A DNA stretch of 64,000 bases from Octopus vulgaris (GCA_951406725.2 OX597824.1:70680001-70744000), one strand, 5' to 3'; positions 38,871 through 54,848 are shown, numbered from the stretch's first letter. Made by a program: numbers and translations. Notes: generated from the letters alone by a model not told the origin.

Positions 38871-39849
38871 AAGCACATTTCAGAACCAACCGAACACAAA
38901 TTCAACTCGACTAACCAGTATCTTTTCCCTCACCTATCACTCACCAATATAAGAATACAATAAGGAATCAAGCACGCAACCGCACTACATTTACCGCTAT
39001 GACCTCATAAACCATCCAACAACACTACCCCCTGACCCTCACCCTAACAACTATACATTAAAACATCCTGTATAATATTGTAACGATACAGCACTAACTG
39101 AGGCGAATTCAAATGCACAAAGCTCCAAATAATTCTCACTGTTATAACCAGAATTGAAAAACTGGAGTAAACTTTTATTATGCATTGATTATTCATTACT
39201 CTGGGCAATAGAATAACGTCGACAGATTTACAGGGGTAACATACAAGTATTTTGACGCGATGGTACAAACCACCTGATATAGCATCCTTGGGCACTACAA
39301 GCACATGAAGAATAGAAACCGCATATTTTACATTTTGTTTCTTATGATTTATATATTTTATATTTTGCACGTCACATTACGTAATGTTTGTTGAATTGTA
39401 CATAAGACAAAACGAATGCATTATAATACGTGCTACATAAAATTTTCATGACCTTACATCTTCATATCAGCCACGAAAAACGAGCGGGTCTGGGCGTAAC
39501 ACTAAGGCAGCCCTACATTTCCCGATACTATCTGCTATATATATACGCATACAACTTCCTTTGCTTTCTTGCGTGATACTTCGTATACCCTACCCAAAAA
39601 CTATCGCCCGACCACATTGAAATATCATTGCGATCACTTAACGAACACACTGACATAACTATTACGCAGTCATGAGATATAAATGACAAGACATCGGATA
39701 ACAGGAGAGCAATCTGCAAAAGAGGAGTAAACCAAGACAATATTTCTTAACTCTGTTCGGAAGTGGTGGTGGTCAAGGATCCTTTGTGCAAACTAAACTG
39801 TTAAATACTCATCGCTAATGCTGCATCATAAATGGATTCAGTTATATAG

Positions 39850-40235
39850 AAGATATTTCTGTATGAATCTCAGTTGGAAATTCTAATTCCGTCTAACTTC
39901 TAATTAGAACTTGGAAGATGGTTGGAATTTCTACGTAAGTACAATTTGCTGCTCGTTAAGCATTTTGCTAGAGTAATACTTGCCAGCTTGAGGGCTAAAT
40001 TAATGTCCAAAATTCCTTAAAAATTTATATTAGGTTTTATATAAGTAAGGTCGCATACATTGTTTGAAATTGCCAGGCCATCGTCTCTTTACAAGCCGGA
40101 GCTATGAGCTTGTGTGCGTTTCTTGAACGTGCCAAGGATAGATAATCCAACCTCGTCTGTGATCCCAGCTTTGTCATAGCCTCCCACAGAGACATCGAAC
40201 AGCAAATCCTTCTTCTTTTGATCTAGTAGCATTCG
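39850..40235 (-). pseudogene. Penelope-like RT core remnant
   Basis: Minus strand: LFDVSVGGYDKAGITDEVGLSIL...GL*RDDGLA (decayed YRDDG motif). Confidence 0.7.
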
Positions 40236-40296
40236 TCAAAATATAACAGTGGCTTTCCCTTATTCATGGTGATTCTAATATCAAGGTTGCTGGTCC

Positions 40297-41018
40297 GGAT
40301 CTTTTATGTTTGACTGCCAGTTTCCAAACTCTTCAATTCCTGCTAGAATTGATCTCAGTGTAATGATATGGTTTTATATGCTAATCACTGCTTTGGAATT
40401 CATTTTCGCAATAAATCAAAAAATAAAGTGTTATTAGCTTTTAAAGTTTGAAAATTTGGGGTAATTTTAGTCAATTGTAAGCCAGACACATTCATGTCTG
40501 TTTCCATAATAACAAGTCAAACATGAGAACTCTTTTGTCTGCGAGATAGCACGTGTTGACAAATATATTCTACGCGAAAGCATGTGCGTCGATGCTGTGT
40601 TCTGCTGCTAAAATGTGCTAAAAATAACAGCCAAATAAGTCTTAAATTCGGTGAGGTGGGGTGGCATAATTGTATGAACTCTCGAGTGTAGAATACAAAT
40701 TGGCAAACATTTTCAGAAAATTCCAAAAAATAAAAAAGTTATGAGGGGTCATATGTCGTGTGTAAAGCAGAAGTTGATTTATTTACAGTTTCATATTAAA
40801 ACATGTCGCGCACAAAATGATAGCTTCTAAATCCTGTCTCCTGACTAAGTGAAAATTATCAAACTTTAAAACCTCTATAGCTTTCTTAAAAAAAAAATTC
40901 TGGTAAAAGTGAAATATTGCCTAAGATTCAGCTTGGAAAACTACATTAATGTACCAAATTTTAAAATTTTCAATACACTCTGAATTTTCGAAAATTGGCA
41001 GTCAAGCTGTAAAGATCT
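40297..41018. mobile_element. TIR element with 8-bp TSD (Merlin-like)
   Basis: ggatctttt..ttgactgcca / tggcagtcaa..aaagatct; flanks gctggtcc/gctgatct. Confidence 0.55.
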
Positions 41019-42559
41019 GCTGATCTTACTGAATTGCACACCAAAAGTCCACCGTTTCCAGATATTATCCGCTATAACAAACTTAAATGTTGCTACTTTC
41101 AATGCAGCTTTCTGTCAAATAATTTTAAGCTATTAGATAGCACTATTCCATATATTTTACAAAAAAATTGTACAGCAATATCTAATGAAAGCTAGAACTA
41201 CCCTTATCTATAGCACCAGATTTGTTATATTATATATTCTATTAATCGTTCAACTATTGCTTTCAGCACGCAATCCAATCTGGCTTATGGAAACGGGCTA
41301 AAAAAATCATCTGTAGAAAAACTGTTTACCACTTTCATTTTATTATAATATTAGACATCTTGTCAATATGGCTGCTTAACCTTAAATATTGAATATTCTT
41401 TTCTACTCTAAGCACAAGGCCCGAAATTTTGGGGAAGAGGGCCAGTCGATTAGATCGACCCCAGTACGCAACTGGTACTTAATGTATCGATCTCCGAAAG
41501 GATGAAAGGCAAAGTTGACCTCGACGGAATTTGAACGCAGAACGTAAAGACAGATGGAATACCGCTAAACATTTCCCCCGGCGTGCTAACGCTTCTGCCA
41601 GCTCGGCTCACCAAAGCTTTTCTTAGCATCGAGTTACATGACCCGGTTGTTGACCAAATTAGTTGCAGGTTTTAACTGTCCAATCGTGTGTTTGCAACAG
41701 AGTTTGTTCCCAATGCATCCAATGGCAATTAAATCTTTTTGAGAAGCGAAATTGTAAAGGTGTTTATTAACCTCCACGTATAACTTTTTTCGGATGTACG
41801 TTCATATGTGTGTGTTTGCGTGTGTGTATGTGCGTACACACAAAGTTGCGAGAAAAATTCACGTTTAATTTAAATACTACATACATAACGAAGTGTTTAA
41901 ACAAATAACATCTCAAGTTGTTCATTAACTTTCTTCTTGTCCCACAGCACACGCTTTACACAATGAACTGAAGAGCAGCTTCCAAATATGTCTCTACGGA
42001 TACCCGTGTATATGAATGTGAATGACCGGTTAAGAGACAGAATGGTTCGCGCGCACGCGGACGTGTGCGGGCGTATGTGTGTATGAGACTATATGTGTGT
42101 ATTGTGCGAGCTGGCAGAAACGTTAGCACGCTGGGTGAAATGCGTAGCTGTATTTCGTCTGTCGTCACGTTCCGAGTTCAAATTCCGCCGAGGTCGACTT
42201 TGCCTTTCATCCTTTCGGGGTCGATAAATTAAGTACCAGTTACACACTGGGGTCGATATAATCGACTTAATCCGTTTGTCTGTCCTAGTTTGTCCCGTCT
42301 GTGTTTAGCCCCTTGTGGGTAGTAAAGAAATATATATGTGTGTATTGTGTATCTCTGTATCTGAGCGAGCGGAAATGTGAATTGATGTTTTATGCGACTG
42401 TGTGCATGTAGAGATTTTGTATATTAATGTAAAAACATGTCTTTTTGTTTGCTTGTGTGTGTGTGTCCTTGATGCAATACTATTAACAAAAAGAGGACAG
42501 AAATCCTGGAACAAAGACTGATATTGTTAGCTCTGTCCTATAAGACAACTGTTGCTGTT

Positions 42560-42920
<361 letters not shown>

Positions 42921-43270
42921 ATAACTATTCCATCACTCCTACCACCACCTTCAGATTTCGAATATCTAAAGACTGCACAATTCAAAAAGCCATTTCAACT
43001 TCAAAACAGGTGATGCTGGATGGGGGTGAAACCGAAAGTGGTTTAGCTGTTATTTCTAGCATGTATCACCACTGCTTACACCAGTGATTCTCAAACCTTC
43101 CACTATAGGCGCAGGAGTAGTTGTGTGGTAAGTTAACTTGCTAACCAGCCACATGGTTCCGGGTTCAGTCCCACCGCATGGCACCTTGGGCGAGTGTCTT
43201 CTACTATAGCCTCAGGCCAACCAAAGGCCTTGTGAGTGGATTTGGTAGAAGGAAACTGAAAGAAGCCCGT

Positions 43271-43334
<64 letters not shown>

Positions 43335-43419
43335 TGTGTTTGTCCCGCCACCATCGCTTGACAACCGGTGTTGGGGTGTTTACGCCCCGAAACTTAGCAG
43401 TTCGGCAAAACTGCTGAAA

Positions 43420-44380
43420 AAGAACGGTAACAAAGTGACGTGGTAAGCAATTTTCGGCCTATAACTCTGCTAATCACAGAGTTTAAGATTTTGAAAAAGT
43501 GTTAGCAAAAAGGATGGCACTTGTCGTCGACGGTCTGATCAGAGAAGAGCAAATACGTGTGATCTCGAACACCATCCACTACAACCTCCACCTTATGCGA
43601 TACGTCATAGAGATGGCTGGCACCAAAGTTGGCTTAGGTGGGGCTCTGATCAATTTGGATCAGCCAAAAGCTTTCGATAGGGTTGGCCATCATTACTTGG
43701 GAAGCCAAGATATTTTCTTTATTTATGTGATTATTTTGTTCTGTTAGAGAATATATATATATAAAAAAAGTTGATTTTATAGAAAATGTAACGAATGTAG
43801 GAAGAATAATAAATGCGTGGTCAAAGTAAACGGCCACTTCTTAGAACCTTTTCGCATCCCACGTTAGGTCCATCAGAACCTCTTGCTTGCGGAGGTTCTC
43901 GAGGCCACTGCTGATGAAGTTGGAACAGTTGAGCAGGATCTCTTTCGAAATGAGCCAGGAGGGCCGTGTCGGCATACGCAGACGACGCAGACGATGCAGA
44001 CGACATCACCATCATGGCGTCGGACGCCATCGAAAATGGACAGTCAACATCATTTCAAGGACATACGAGTCGGTGGAAGGCACTAAAGTCGACGTAGATA
44101 AATCGGTGGACTTTAAACTGGGCATCTGGAAAGACAGGCCCATGCCGTCGGACTGGCGTCGTGGAACGCTGCACTGACGGACTGGTTAAAGTGCTCGGGG
44201 TCTGGTTCGGTTCGAGACGAAGCAAATCCTAACCAAATATAAGCCGAGAAGAGGCTGTCCCTGAAAGAGCAAGAAAAAGTGGCAAATACCTCCGTTATGT
44301 TTTTTTTTTTTACTACCGCGCCTTGCCCTATCACCTGATCGGATAGGATCGTCCGTTATTGTTTCATGTGAAAGGGACGC
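43420..44380 (+). pseudogene. L1/Tx1-clade LINE reverse-transcriptase remnant
   Basis: NFRPITLL..FKILKKVLAKRM...HYNLHLMRYVI...LINLDQPKAFDRVGHHYL; later SAYADD-like motif; frameshifts. Confidence 0.8.
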
Positions 44381-45962
44381 GTTCTAGTGGTTAGACAGTC
44401 AATTTGCTGGCATCACTTTTTGCACGGACGTTTAGGCAGTTTTGTTCCGCCTCGCCAAATTTCTTCCGGCTATAAAGCCGAACTTCTAATATCTACAATT
44501 TGGGGATGGGATAATGTGTTGGTTCTGTGTGGGTTGATACTAAGTCTTCGATTGGTTGTTATGGCCTGTTGTTGCTGTATTGGCCCAAAGCAGTTTTGAT
44601 ATATCTGATCTTTGCTCACAGCTATTCCAGCTACATTCATCCAGAGTATTTGGGCATTTTTTGCTATTTTGCTTATCCAGATTTAAATCGACCATTTCAT
44701 TTGTTCGTTTTTTGTTGTTGTTGTTGTCATTGTTATTGTTGTTATTTGCTTTTCTTTTATGGTGGTAGGCTATGATCCGAGGATAAATGTGGCTGCTATT
44801 TTTAGCAAGCTGAGCAACCACCTAGAGGATTACTCTTTCGTTGGATTGTGTGTGGTGGTAGGTCTGGTTCAACAGAGCCAATTAGTGAGAACCAAACCAG
44901 AAGCGACGCAACAACAGCGACAACAGATCGTTATTGAATAGTTGCCCCTTGCCCCCTCTCCCCATACTCCACCATCATCACCACCACCACCACTGCCACA
45001 ACCACCATCACCACCACCTCCATAACCACCACTACCACCACAACTTTGTGTCTTGGAAATTTACAAGAACATTTTTTGTTCTTCTGTCATGGTCTTCTGT
45101 TTTCTGCCACTTCCCCACCACCACCCCTTTTCCTCCTCTCCTCCCCCTCCTCCTCCTCCATTTCCTCTTGGTCAACGTCCTTTTATTTTTCTACTATTCC
45201 TCTTACCCTTCTTCATCCTTTTACTCCCTCCACTTCTTTATTCTCTTAGTCTTGTATTCTTTCCTTTTAAGCATTTGATATTTTTTTTCTTCTTGTTTTG
45301 TTTTGTTTTTTGCAACGAGCTGTCAAACAAGAATTACGAAATACCTATAAAACCTTTTTACATAACACATAAAAACTATACAAAAAACACGTTCCTTTAG
45401 TTTGAACCATTGTGATTTCTGGTCAGGCTTTCATCCACAGTAACAAAATTTCGTTCTTTTATGTACGAGTTTGTTTTTCTTTTCATTTTAACCTATATAT
45501 ATTATATATATTTATGTATTTTATTTATTTAATTTGCCGTCGTAGCCTTGGTTATGTGATTAACATGTTGGCTTCGTTATCATATATACAATAAACTAGT
45601 CTTTGACGAGTAATATATTAGAGTGGAGGTGATAAAATCTTTCAAATTTTGATACAAGGCCAGTAATTTTGAGGAATGGGGCAAGTCGTCTACATCGAAC
45701 CCCAATGGTCAATGTTCAAGTTGGTACTTGCTTTATCGACTCCGAAAGGAGAAAGAATCAAAAGCAACGTTGACCTCAGTGGCATTTGAATTGAGAACAT
45801 AAGTAACTGGAACAAATGTAACGTTTTGCCTGGTGCAGTAACAACTGTACTAGCTTGAAGCCTTACATTCAGAGATAGAATTAACAAATTCATTACTTCT
45901 ACTGTACATAAAATATTGGCCTCACGTCTAATTAAAAGAGAAACCAGTAGAAACTGTATAGG

Positions 45963-46041
<79 letters not shown>

Positions 46042-46249
46042 CTCTATATATATACATCTATCTATCTATCCCTCTCTCTCTCTTTCTTCATGTACCATGT
46101 TTGTTTTACGGACGTTGCTTGATAATGGACCTCTATGTACAAGTCTAAAGTTTTGCGTCTTTTTTTTCTTACGGCATCTTCTTTATGCCTTCTGTCGGTT
46201 TATTTGCAGTTTACTCTGCTAGTTTCTCAAACTTAAACTTGAGTCTCAG

Positions 46250-46891
46250 GACTAATTGAGTAGGCAAGCCACCGAACTGTCATCTCAGCGATTTTGTTCA
46301 GACGTTTCCAAGATGGCCGAAAACATATCAATATTCGTGAACGTTCTGGGAGACTCACAACCAGCAGAGCTACGGAAAACATTGCAGATATGTGCGCAGC
46401 TGTGAGGAGAAATCGTCGAATCACCATCTGTGAGTTATCAGAGGATGTGCAGATTAGTTATTGTTCAGTTCAGTGAATTATCCTTGAAGATTTGGGTATG
46501 AGACGCGTGTCTGCCAAGTCTGTGCCAAAACTGCTTTCAGCTGACCAAAAAGACACTCGGGTTTCAGTTGCACAAGATATCCTTGATTGTGCCGAAATGA
46601 TGAAAACTTTTTGAAAACTTTGCTTAGGCTTCTGAACAGGTATTACCAAGCTTTTGGTAAAATTTGATGCAGATTCTGTGCTCAACTTTCTTTGTCCTGG
46701 TAAACGTGACGATCACACGGTACACACGTTCCTTCCAAGCACTGGTGTAAACAGCAACAGTGAGCTAGAACATTAAAACTCAGTGCGCATGCACAACAGA
46801 GTTCAAGGTCAATCTTTGCCAAGCCACTTCACTCTGCGTGCTTTACCTTCGTTAGTATGGCAACAGTCCGGATACTTATTGATGAGACAAC

Positions 46892-46894
<3 letters not shown>
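46250..46894 (+). mobile_element. mariner transposase remnant
   Basis: FRRFQDGR..RSGR..VRRNRRITICEL..IILEDLGMRRVSAKSVPKLLS. Confidence 0.8.
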
Positions 46895-46945
<51 letters not shown>

Positions 46946-47083
46946 AAATAAACACACAAATTTCCACACGAAAGCACGTGATCTCTGCCCTTGGCATGTA
47001 GCTTCAACCGTGTTTTTCTGACGTGAATTTGCTACCCGGGTATCGGTTAACCGAATTATCCATACTAGGATAATTCATTTAAC

Positions 47084-47140
<57 letters not shown>

Positions 47141-47142
<2 letters not shown>

Positions 47143-47423
47143 GGGTTTTTCAGAAAGAATGAACCGATTTCATTACGCAATATTTTAATAAGGAAAAGCA
47201 ATAGAAAACTCTAGCTAAGTCACAAGTATTTACTCACAACCAGTATATCAATCGCATTGATGTTGCCCGTGCTGCAGGTGGTGGCCACATTGAACCCCTG
47301 TAAGACAAGAAATAAAAGTTGACTGTGAGTAAATACTTGTGACTTAGCTGGAGTTATTTTTACTGCTTTTCCTTATTAAAATATTGCGTAATGAAATCGG
47401 TTCATTCTTTTTGAATAACCCTA
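47141..47423. mobile_element. Tc1/mariner MITE with ~97-bp TIRs
   Basis: Long near-perfect inverted arms; centre encodes a transposase-like C-terminus RIDVARAAGGGHIEPL*. Confidence 0.85.
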
Positions 47424-47628
47424 TATATGTTCTGTTGTGTCTGGGGAGAGTAATTTTCTTTTTGTGTTTTATGATTTAACACACTCACCGGTAAAATTTC
47501 CACTTATTTCTTATTTTTATTTTCCTAAAATTTTCGTTGCGTCTTGCAACCTTTTCAATAGTCTTAACTATGTTAACAACACCTATAACGAAGTGCTTTA
47601 TCCATTCACCAAAGTGAATAGATTCGTC

Positions 47629-47629
<1 letters not shown>

Positions 47630-47664
<35 letters not shown>

Positions 47665-47743
47665 ATGTATGTATGTATGTATGTATGTATGTATGTATGT
47701 ATGTATGTATGTATGTATGTATGTACGTACGTACGTACGTACG

Positions 47744-47777
<34 letters not shown>

Positions 47778-47787
47778 TGTATGTATA
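47630..47787. repeat. (GTAT)n microsatellite
   Basis: Directly visible. Confidence 0.95.
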
Positions 47788-48292
47788 CACGACGGGCATC
47801 TTTCAGTTTCTGTCTACCAAATCCATTCACCAGGCATTGGTCAGCCCGAGACTATAATGGAAAACACTCGCCCAAGGTGCCATGCAGTGGGACTGAACCT
47901 GGAACCATGTGGTTGGGAAGCAAGTTTCTTACCACACAGCCACTCCTGCTGACTACATTACCTAACATACTCTTTCTTTTATTTCTAGACAGCAGAGAGT
48001 AATTTCAGATAGATTCGGGTGCTATTTCTAGCAGTTCGAATGAGCAGGTAAAGGCTACCTCGTCGGCGGCTCGACTCGAGTCAGGTGACAGCAATAGGTC
48101 GAGTGGGTAGCAGTGGTGGTGGGAGGTTTGTAGTGGTGGTGGTGGGATGGGATGGGCTGGGGGGGGGGGGGGAAGAAGAAGAATGTCACCCAACCTTCAG
48201 TTGTTCACGTCACATTGGAATGTCTCACTCATATTTCATCATTGTGCATTCATGTGTTGACGAATCACTGACTGTCTTAATGGCCATTTCTC

Positions 48293-49672
<1,380 letters not shown>

Positions 49673-49993
49673 GCGTACAATAGTGCGTGAGTACGTTTGC
49701 ATGTATTCGTATCTACATACCTGAGTGTGTGGATACGTGAGTGTATACAGTGAAATAAAACTTGAAATACTTACACATATGTATATATGTGATAGGTGTA
49801 TATAGATGTGCGTATGTGTGCTTGCGCGTTTGTGTTGAGGAGATATAGGGCACAGCATAGCTGAAAGGCTAAGAAGGTCACCCTGCAGCGACGAGGTTCA
49901 ACCTACCACATTGAAGATCGAACCAAGGACTTCGAGATTCACCACAGCCTTCAGTGGGCACAAATCTTACAACTAAAACTGAGTAGACGGGTG

Positions 49994-50414
49994 GGATCTT
50001 TTTGGTTTGAGCGGCAGTTTTTTCTAGCAGTGTCATATGAACTTGTCACCCATAATTATGACCCTAGTATCGATCTATTGCATTTCAATCTGTTTTAGGG
50101 TTAGGGTTAGTTAGGGCTAGTTAGGGTTAGGGGTGGGGAGAAGGGTATCTTTTTTTCTTCACAAATGTTTCTTAAACGAGGGACATTTTCATACGGCACA
50201 GAATGTTTTCACCTCAATAGGCGGTCATTGATTGGTTGAAATTGCAGAAATTGCAGAAAAAAAAACAACAAATATCTTACAAACCATAGAATTTTCTCAA
50301 TAAAGCCAAGAGAAAAAGATGTTTTATAAACACATTCTACCAGCATACGAAGTTTAAAATTTTTTAGTTACCTAGAAATTATGTTAAAAACTGCCGTTCA
50401 AACCGAAAAGATCC
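49994..50414. mobile_element. MITE with GG..CC termini, perfect 8-bp TSD and internal TTAGGG repeats (Merlin-like)
   Basis: TIR ggatctttttggtttgagcggcagttttt / aaaaactgccgttcaaaccgaaaagatcc; TSD gacgggtg at 49986-49993 and 50415-50422. Confidence 0.85.
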
Positions 50415-51379
50415 GACGGGTGAGTTGTACACAGGCAGTCATGTTACAGATTGGGTCACGCCGATTATACCCGAGGTTTACATTAAGGGCACGAGTGTAT
50501 GTGGAATACTCAGTCAATTATGATAGAACTATAACAAATAGGCAATTCTGCTGACCGAATGACTAAAACATTGTCGAAACCGACGGATTCACCACCTTCA
50601 CACCTAAACACACATACACGCACATATATATATGCTACATTCGTGTCTGTTAGATAGGAAATGAAAGCATTCAATATCATTAACACACTAACTCAAGAAT
50701 CCCACAAAATAAGACAACTGACGTCATTTAGTTTGCCCCACTCTATGCGTTTAATATCAGATCTAATATAGCTAAAAGCATTTTCTCAACTTAGAAAAAA
50801 CACTTTCATCCAACACAAATATAAGAAATTATTGGACAGTACTAGGCCCTTAATCCTTTGTATTTAGATTACCCTGTCATATGTAAAGCTTCGAGCTGGC
50901 AGAATCGTTAACATGCTGGACGAAAGGCTTAGCGGTATTTCGTCTGCCGTTACGGTCTGAGTTCAAATTCTGCCGAGGCCGACTTTGCCTTTCATCCTTT
51001 CGGGGTCGATAAATTAAGTACCAGTTACGTACTGGGGTCGATGTAATCGATTTAATCCGTTTGTCTGTCCTTGTTTGTCCCTTCTGTGTTTAGCCCCTTG
51101 TGGGCAATAAAGAAATATATTTATTCACATTGTTTTTAATTAATCAAGCGTTATCTTGTAGCTTCAATATTTCGATGATGTAATTGTTTAATTGCTTATT
51201 TTTAAGAAAGACATTGTTGGGTAAATGTAAGGGGCTGGATCTGGCCGGTTTAAACATAAAACAGGAAGAATATTTTGGCTGGATATGACCACTTTAAATG
51301 CTAAAGAGTTAAGTTGAGTTATAATTGTCCCACAATTTATATAATCCCTTAATCACACCAGGAGAAAGCTGTTCTTCCA

Positions 51380-51700
51380 GAAACATCACAGCCCACTGAA
51401 CGGGTCTGCAATACTAAACTCATTATCAACCAAGCAGAAGTGGAACAATCAAATCCTATCTAAAGCAATTCTCTTAAACGGTGTATACATAGGGATGACT
51501 GAAGGACGATTTAAGATACGCTATTACAATCACCTACTTAAGCATGTAAAACGGCGGCATGTCTGAACTTTCTCGCGAATTTTTGTTTGTGAAAGACACG
51601 GCATTGCATTACAGCGTGGGATAGAAAATACACGAAAGATCCAGCAAAAATGTGACAAATGCACTCCTGAGTAAAGGCTAATATCGAAACATTCAATAAA
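51380..51700 (+). pseudogene. Penelope GIY-YIG endonuclease remnant
   Basis: VYIGMTEGRFKIRYYNH. Confidence 0.6.
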
Positions 51701-51845
51701 ACCGAATTTCTACCCCAGTTTTAAATCTAAGATACACGAAATCTCTCGCTTACATGGATGCTTTTTACTGATCCTATCAACAAGCGAATAGTATGCCATA
51801 TAACATGTGCGTGTGTGCATGTGTGTGTGTGTGTGTATGTGTGTG

Positions 51846-51885
<40 letters not shown>

Positions 51886-51890
<5 letters not shown>

Positions 51891-53164
51891 TGTTCCGGCT
51901 AAATTTGACGATTTTTTTAATGATTCCTTCTGTTTTCAGGAATAGCTTGATGCATTCGTGAATAGTCAACAGCGATGGAGAGCATAAAGATTAAAGCTGT
52001 TGTTGAGAAAAAGTTCGCTGGCATGGAGGACTGGAAGCTATTTGAATATTGGAAAAGAACTGCTGTAACATGATTCGCACCGAGTATCAAAATTCTGACA
52101 TCAGGACGGCTGCTCAGTGCTCTGTAAACACTGTAAAGGTTGTAAAACATGACATGAATAGCTGCAACGGAGATTACGCAATAGTGACCTATAGGAAAGT
52201 ACACAGTAGGCGTAGGAGTGGCTGTGTGGTAAGTAGCTTGCTTACGAACCACATAGTTCCGGGTTCTGTCCCACTGGCGTGGCACTTTGGGAAAGTGTCT
52301 TCTACTATATCCTCGGGCCGACCAAAGCCTTGTGAGTGGATTTGGTAGACGGAAACTGAAAGAAGCCTGTCGTATATATGTATCTATATGTATGTGTGTG
52401 TATATGTTTGTGTGTTTGTGTTTGTCCCTCCAACATCGCTTCCCAGTAACCTAGCGGTTCGGCAAAAGAGACCGATAGAATAAGTACTAGGCTTACAAAG
52501 AATAAGTCCTGGGATCGATTTGCTCGACTAAAGGCGGTGCTCCAGCATGGCCACAGTCACATGACTGAAACAAGTAAAAGAGTAGGCGTTCTGACTGTGT
52601 CCGCACGCCGAAATTTAATTCCCATATCATTGGACAGAGTCTTAGGCTCAATTCAGATACTTATGTGATGCTGTTGGAGACTATGGTCAAGCCCTGGCCG
52701 GAGAGGATCGCTGCTGGAAGGTCATATGCGTGGCAACAGGATTTGGCTCCTTACCATACCGCTGGAAAGAGTTAGAAAGTTTGTTGGAAAATTTCTACGA
52801 CTTGACCAGCCTCAATCTCTGGCCTTCTAATTACCCCGATTGCAATTTCACGGATTACTATGTGTTGGGGGCGGTTGAGAAAGACACCAACGCTCTTCTT
52901 GCAACACCAAGAGCTAGCTGGTGGCCTGGAAGAAGGTGTTCAAAGATCTTCCCAGTGACACAGTGAAGAACGCATGTACCAGGTTCCGGAGCCACCCTGA
53001 AGCCGTGGTGGAAGCTGAAGGCAGTTCCTTTTAGTAAACTGCCATCTCCTTGCCATAATTTAGCTGATATTTTTTGGTTTTTAAAAATATCTTTGCTTTC
53101 GGGTAAGATGTGTTTTCTTTCTTTCTTTATTATGCAAACTGTTAAATTTAGCCCGAACACCCTG
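51886..53164 (+). mobile_element. Tc1/mariner-superfamily element, decayed, with a nested family-A SINE
   Basis: TIR agagtgttccggctaaatttgac / gttaaatttagcccgaacaccctg; LWPSNYPDCNFTDYYVLGAVE (WPxxSPDLNPxD-like). Confidence 0.8.
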
Positions 53165-54848
53165 AATTTTAGTTTTTACCTTTTATTTGCTTCAGTCATT
53201 AGACTGAGGCCATGCTGAGGCAGCACATTGAAGAATTTTAGTCGAACGAATTGACCCCAGTACTTATTTTTATTTTTTAAAGCCTGGTAATTATTCCATC
53301 AGTACTTTTGTCGAACCGATAGATAATGGGGACGTAAACATACCAACACCGGTTGATGGGGAACAAACAAGCAAACTCCCGCGCGCACACACACACACAG
53401 AGGCACACAACGGGCTTTCAGTTTCTCTCTACCACATCCACTCACAAGGGTTTAGTCGGCCCAAGGCTATAGTAGAGGACACTTACCCAAGGTGCCACGC
53501 AGTGGGACTGAACCTACAATAATGTGGTTGGGAAGCAAATTTCTTACCACACAGCCACGTCTTTGCTTATATATGCATATATCGGTCAGATATTCATGAG
53601 TCCGAAAGAAAACCCACACTGTAAAAAAATCTTTTGAGCACTAATATTTTATGTAGCCTTTGGTTATTGTTGGTCAGAAAGTTACCAATGGTTTCACGTC
53701 TTATATTGTTCTTAGCAATATAGGTGACTCAGCAGGCCTGTTGGACGGTGGCACATAACCTCTTTGCTAGATTAGTATGAAATTAGCTGACATGGAAAAC
53801 TGAAAGCCATCTGAATATTGGGAAAAAATTCTCGTATCAATAAATGTATGTGTGTGTATGTAAATGATTACTTACTTTTTACTTATTTTTTACTTGTTTC
53901 AGTCATTTGACTGTGGCCATGCTGGAGCACCGCCTTTAGTCGAGAAAATCGATCCCAGGACTTATTCTTTTGTAAGCCTAGTACTTATTCTATCGGTCTC
54001 TTTTGCCGAACCGCTAAGTTACGGGGACGTAAACACACCAGCATCGGTTGTCAAGCGATGTTGGGGGGAACAAACACAGATACAGAAATATACACACACA
54101 CATGTATATATATACGACGGGCTTCTTTCAGTTTCCGTCTACCAAATCCACTCACAAGGCTATGGTAGGCCCGAGGCTATAGTAGAAGACACTTGCCCAA
54201 GCTTCCACGCAGTGGGACTGAACCCAGAACCACGTTGTCGGTAATCAAGCTACATACCACACAGCTACTCCTACGCCTGTAGATTTTTTTATATTTGCCT
54301 GTAGATTTTTTTAATAATTTGCTTAGTTGATAGTGCATTTAGCCGGATACTTAGCTTTAAAACTAAAATTCTAAAAGCAGACCAGATTGAACTGGAACAT
54401 AGAGCAGCGTACAACCTTGAAGTGTTAACTTAATCAGTTTCTTGCGACTCAGTTATATCTATGTATTATACGACTGCTCTCACCGAGATTTTCTCTAATA
54501 TTTATTTCAGCTATATTTTTGTGAATAGATAAATAGATAAATAAATAAATACATAAATGAATAAACATGCATATGACTCATTGTTATAAAATTTTGGAAA
54601 CGGACAAAAGTAAAAAATAGAAATGAAAAAATGGGAGAAATACTGGTGAGTTTCTGGTTTGAGAAATTGTAAAACAACACAAACAGGTTTTATTGAAATA
54701 AGAAATGCTTTAGAAAACTTGAGCTTTTAGCTAAATTCAATGAAGATTGATATTTTAAATAAATGGCGTGTGCATGTAGTAAGAAGTTTGTTTCCTCACC
54801 TCATGGTTCCAGGTTCTGTCCCACTCGGAACCCATGCCTTCTATTATA

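Noticed and set aside
44960-45330. His-rich/Pro-rich ORFs
   Set aside because: Low-complexity (CAC)n and pyrimidine tracts without splice or homology support.
50095-50132. True telomere or chromosome fusion site
   Set aside because: Only a few imperfect units, located inside a MITE with TIRs and a TSD.
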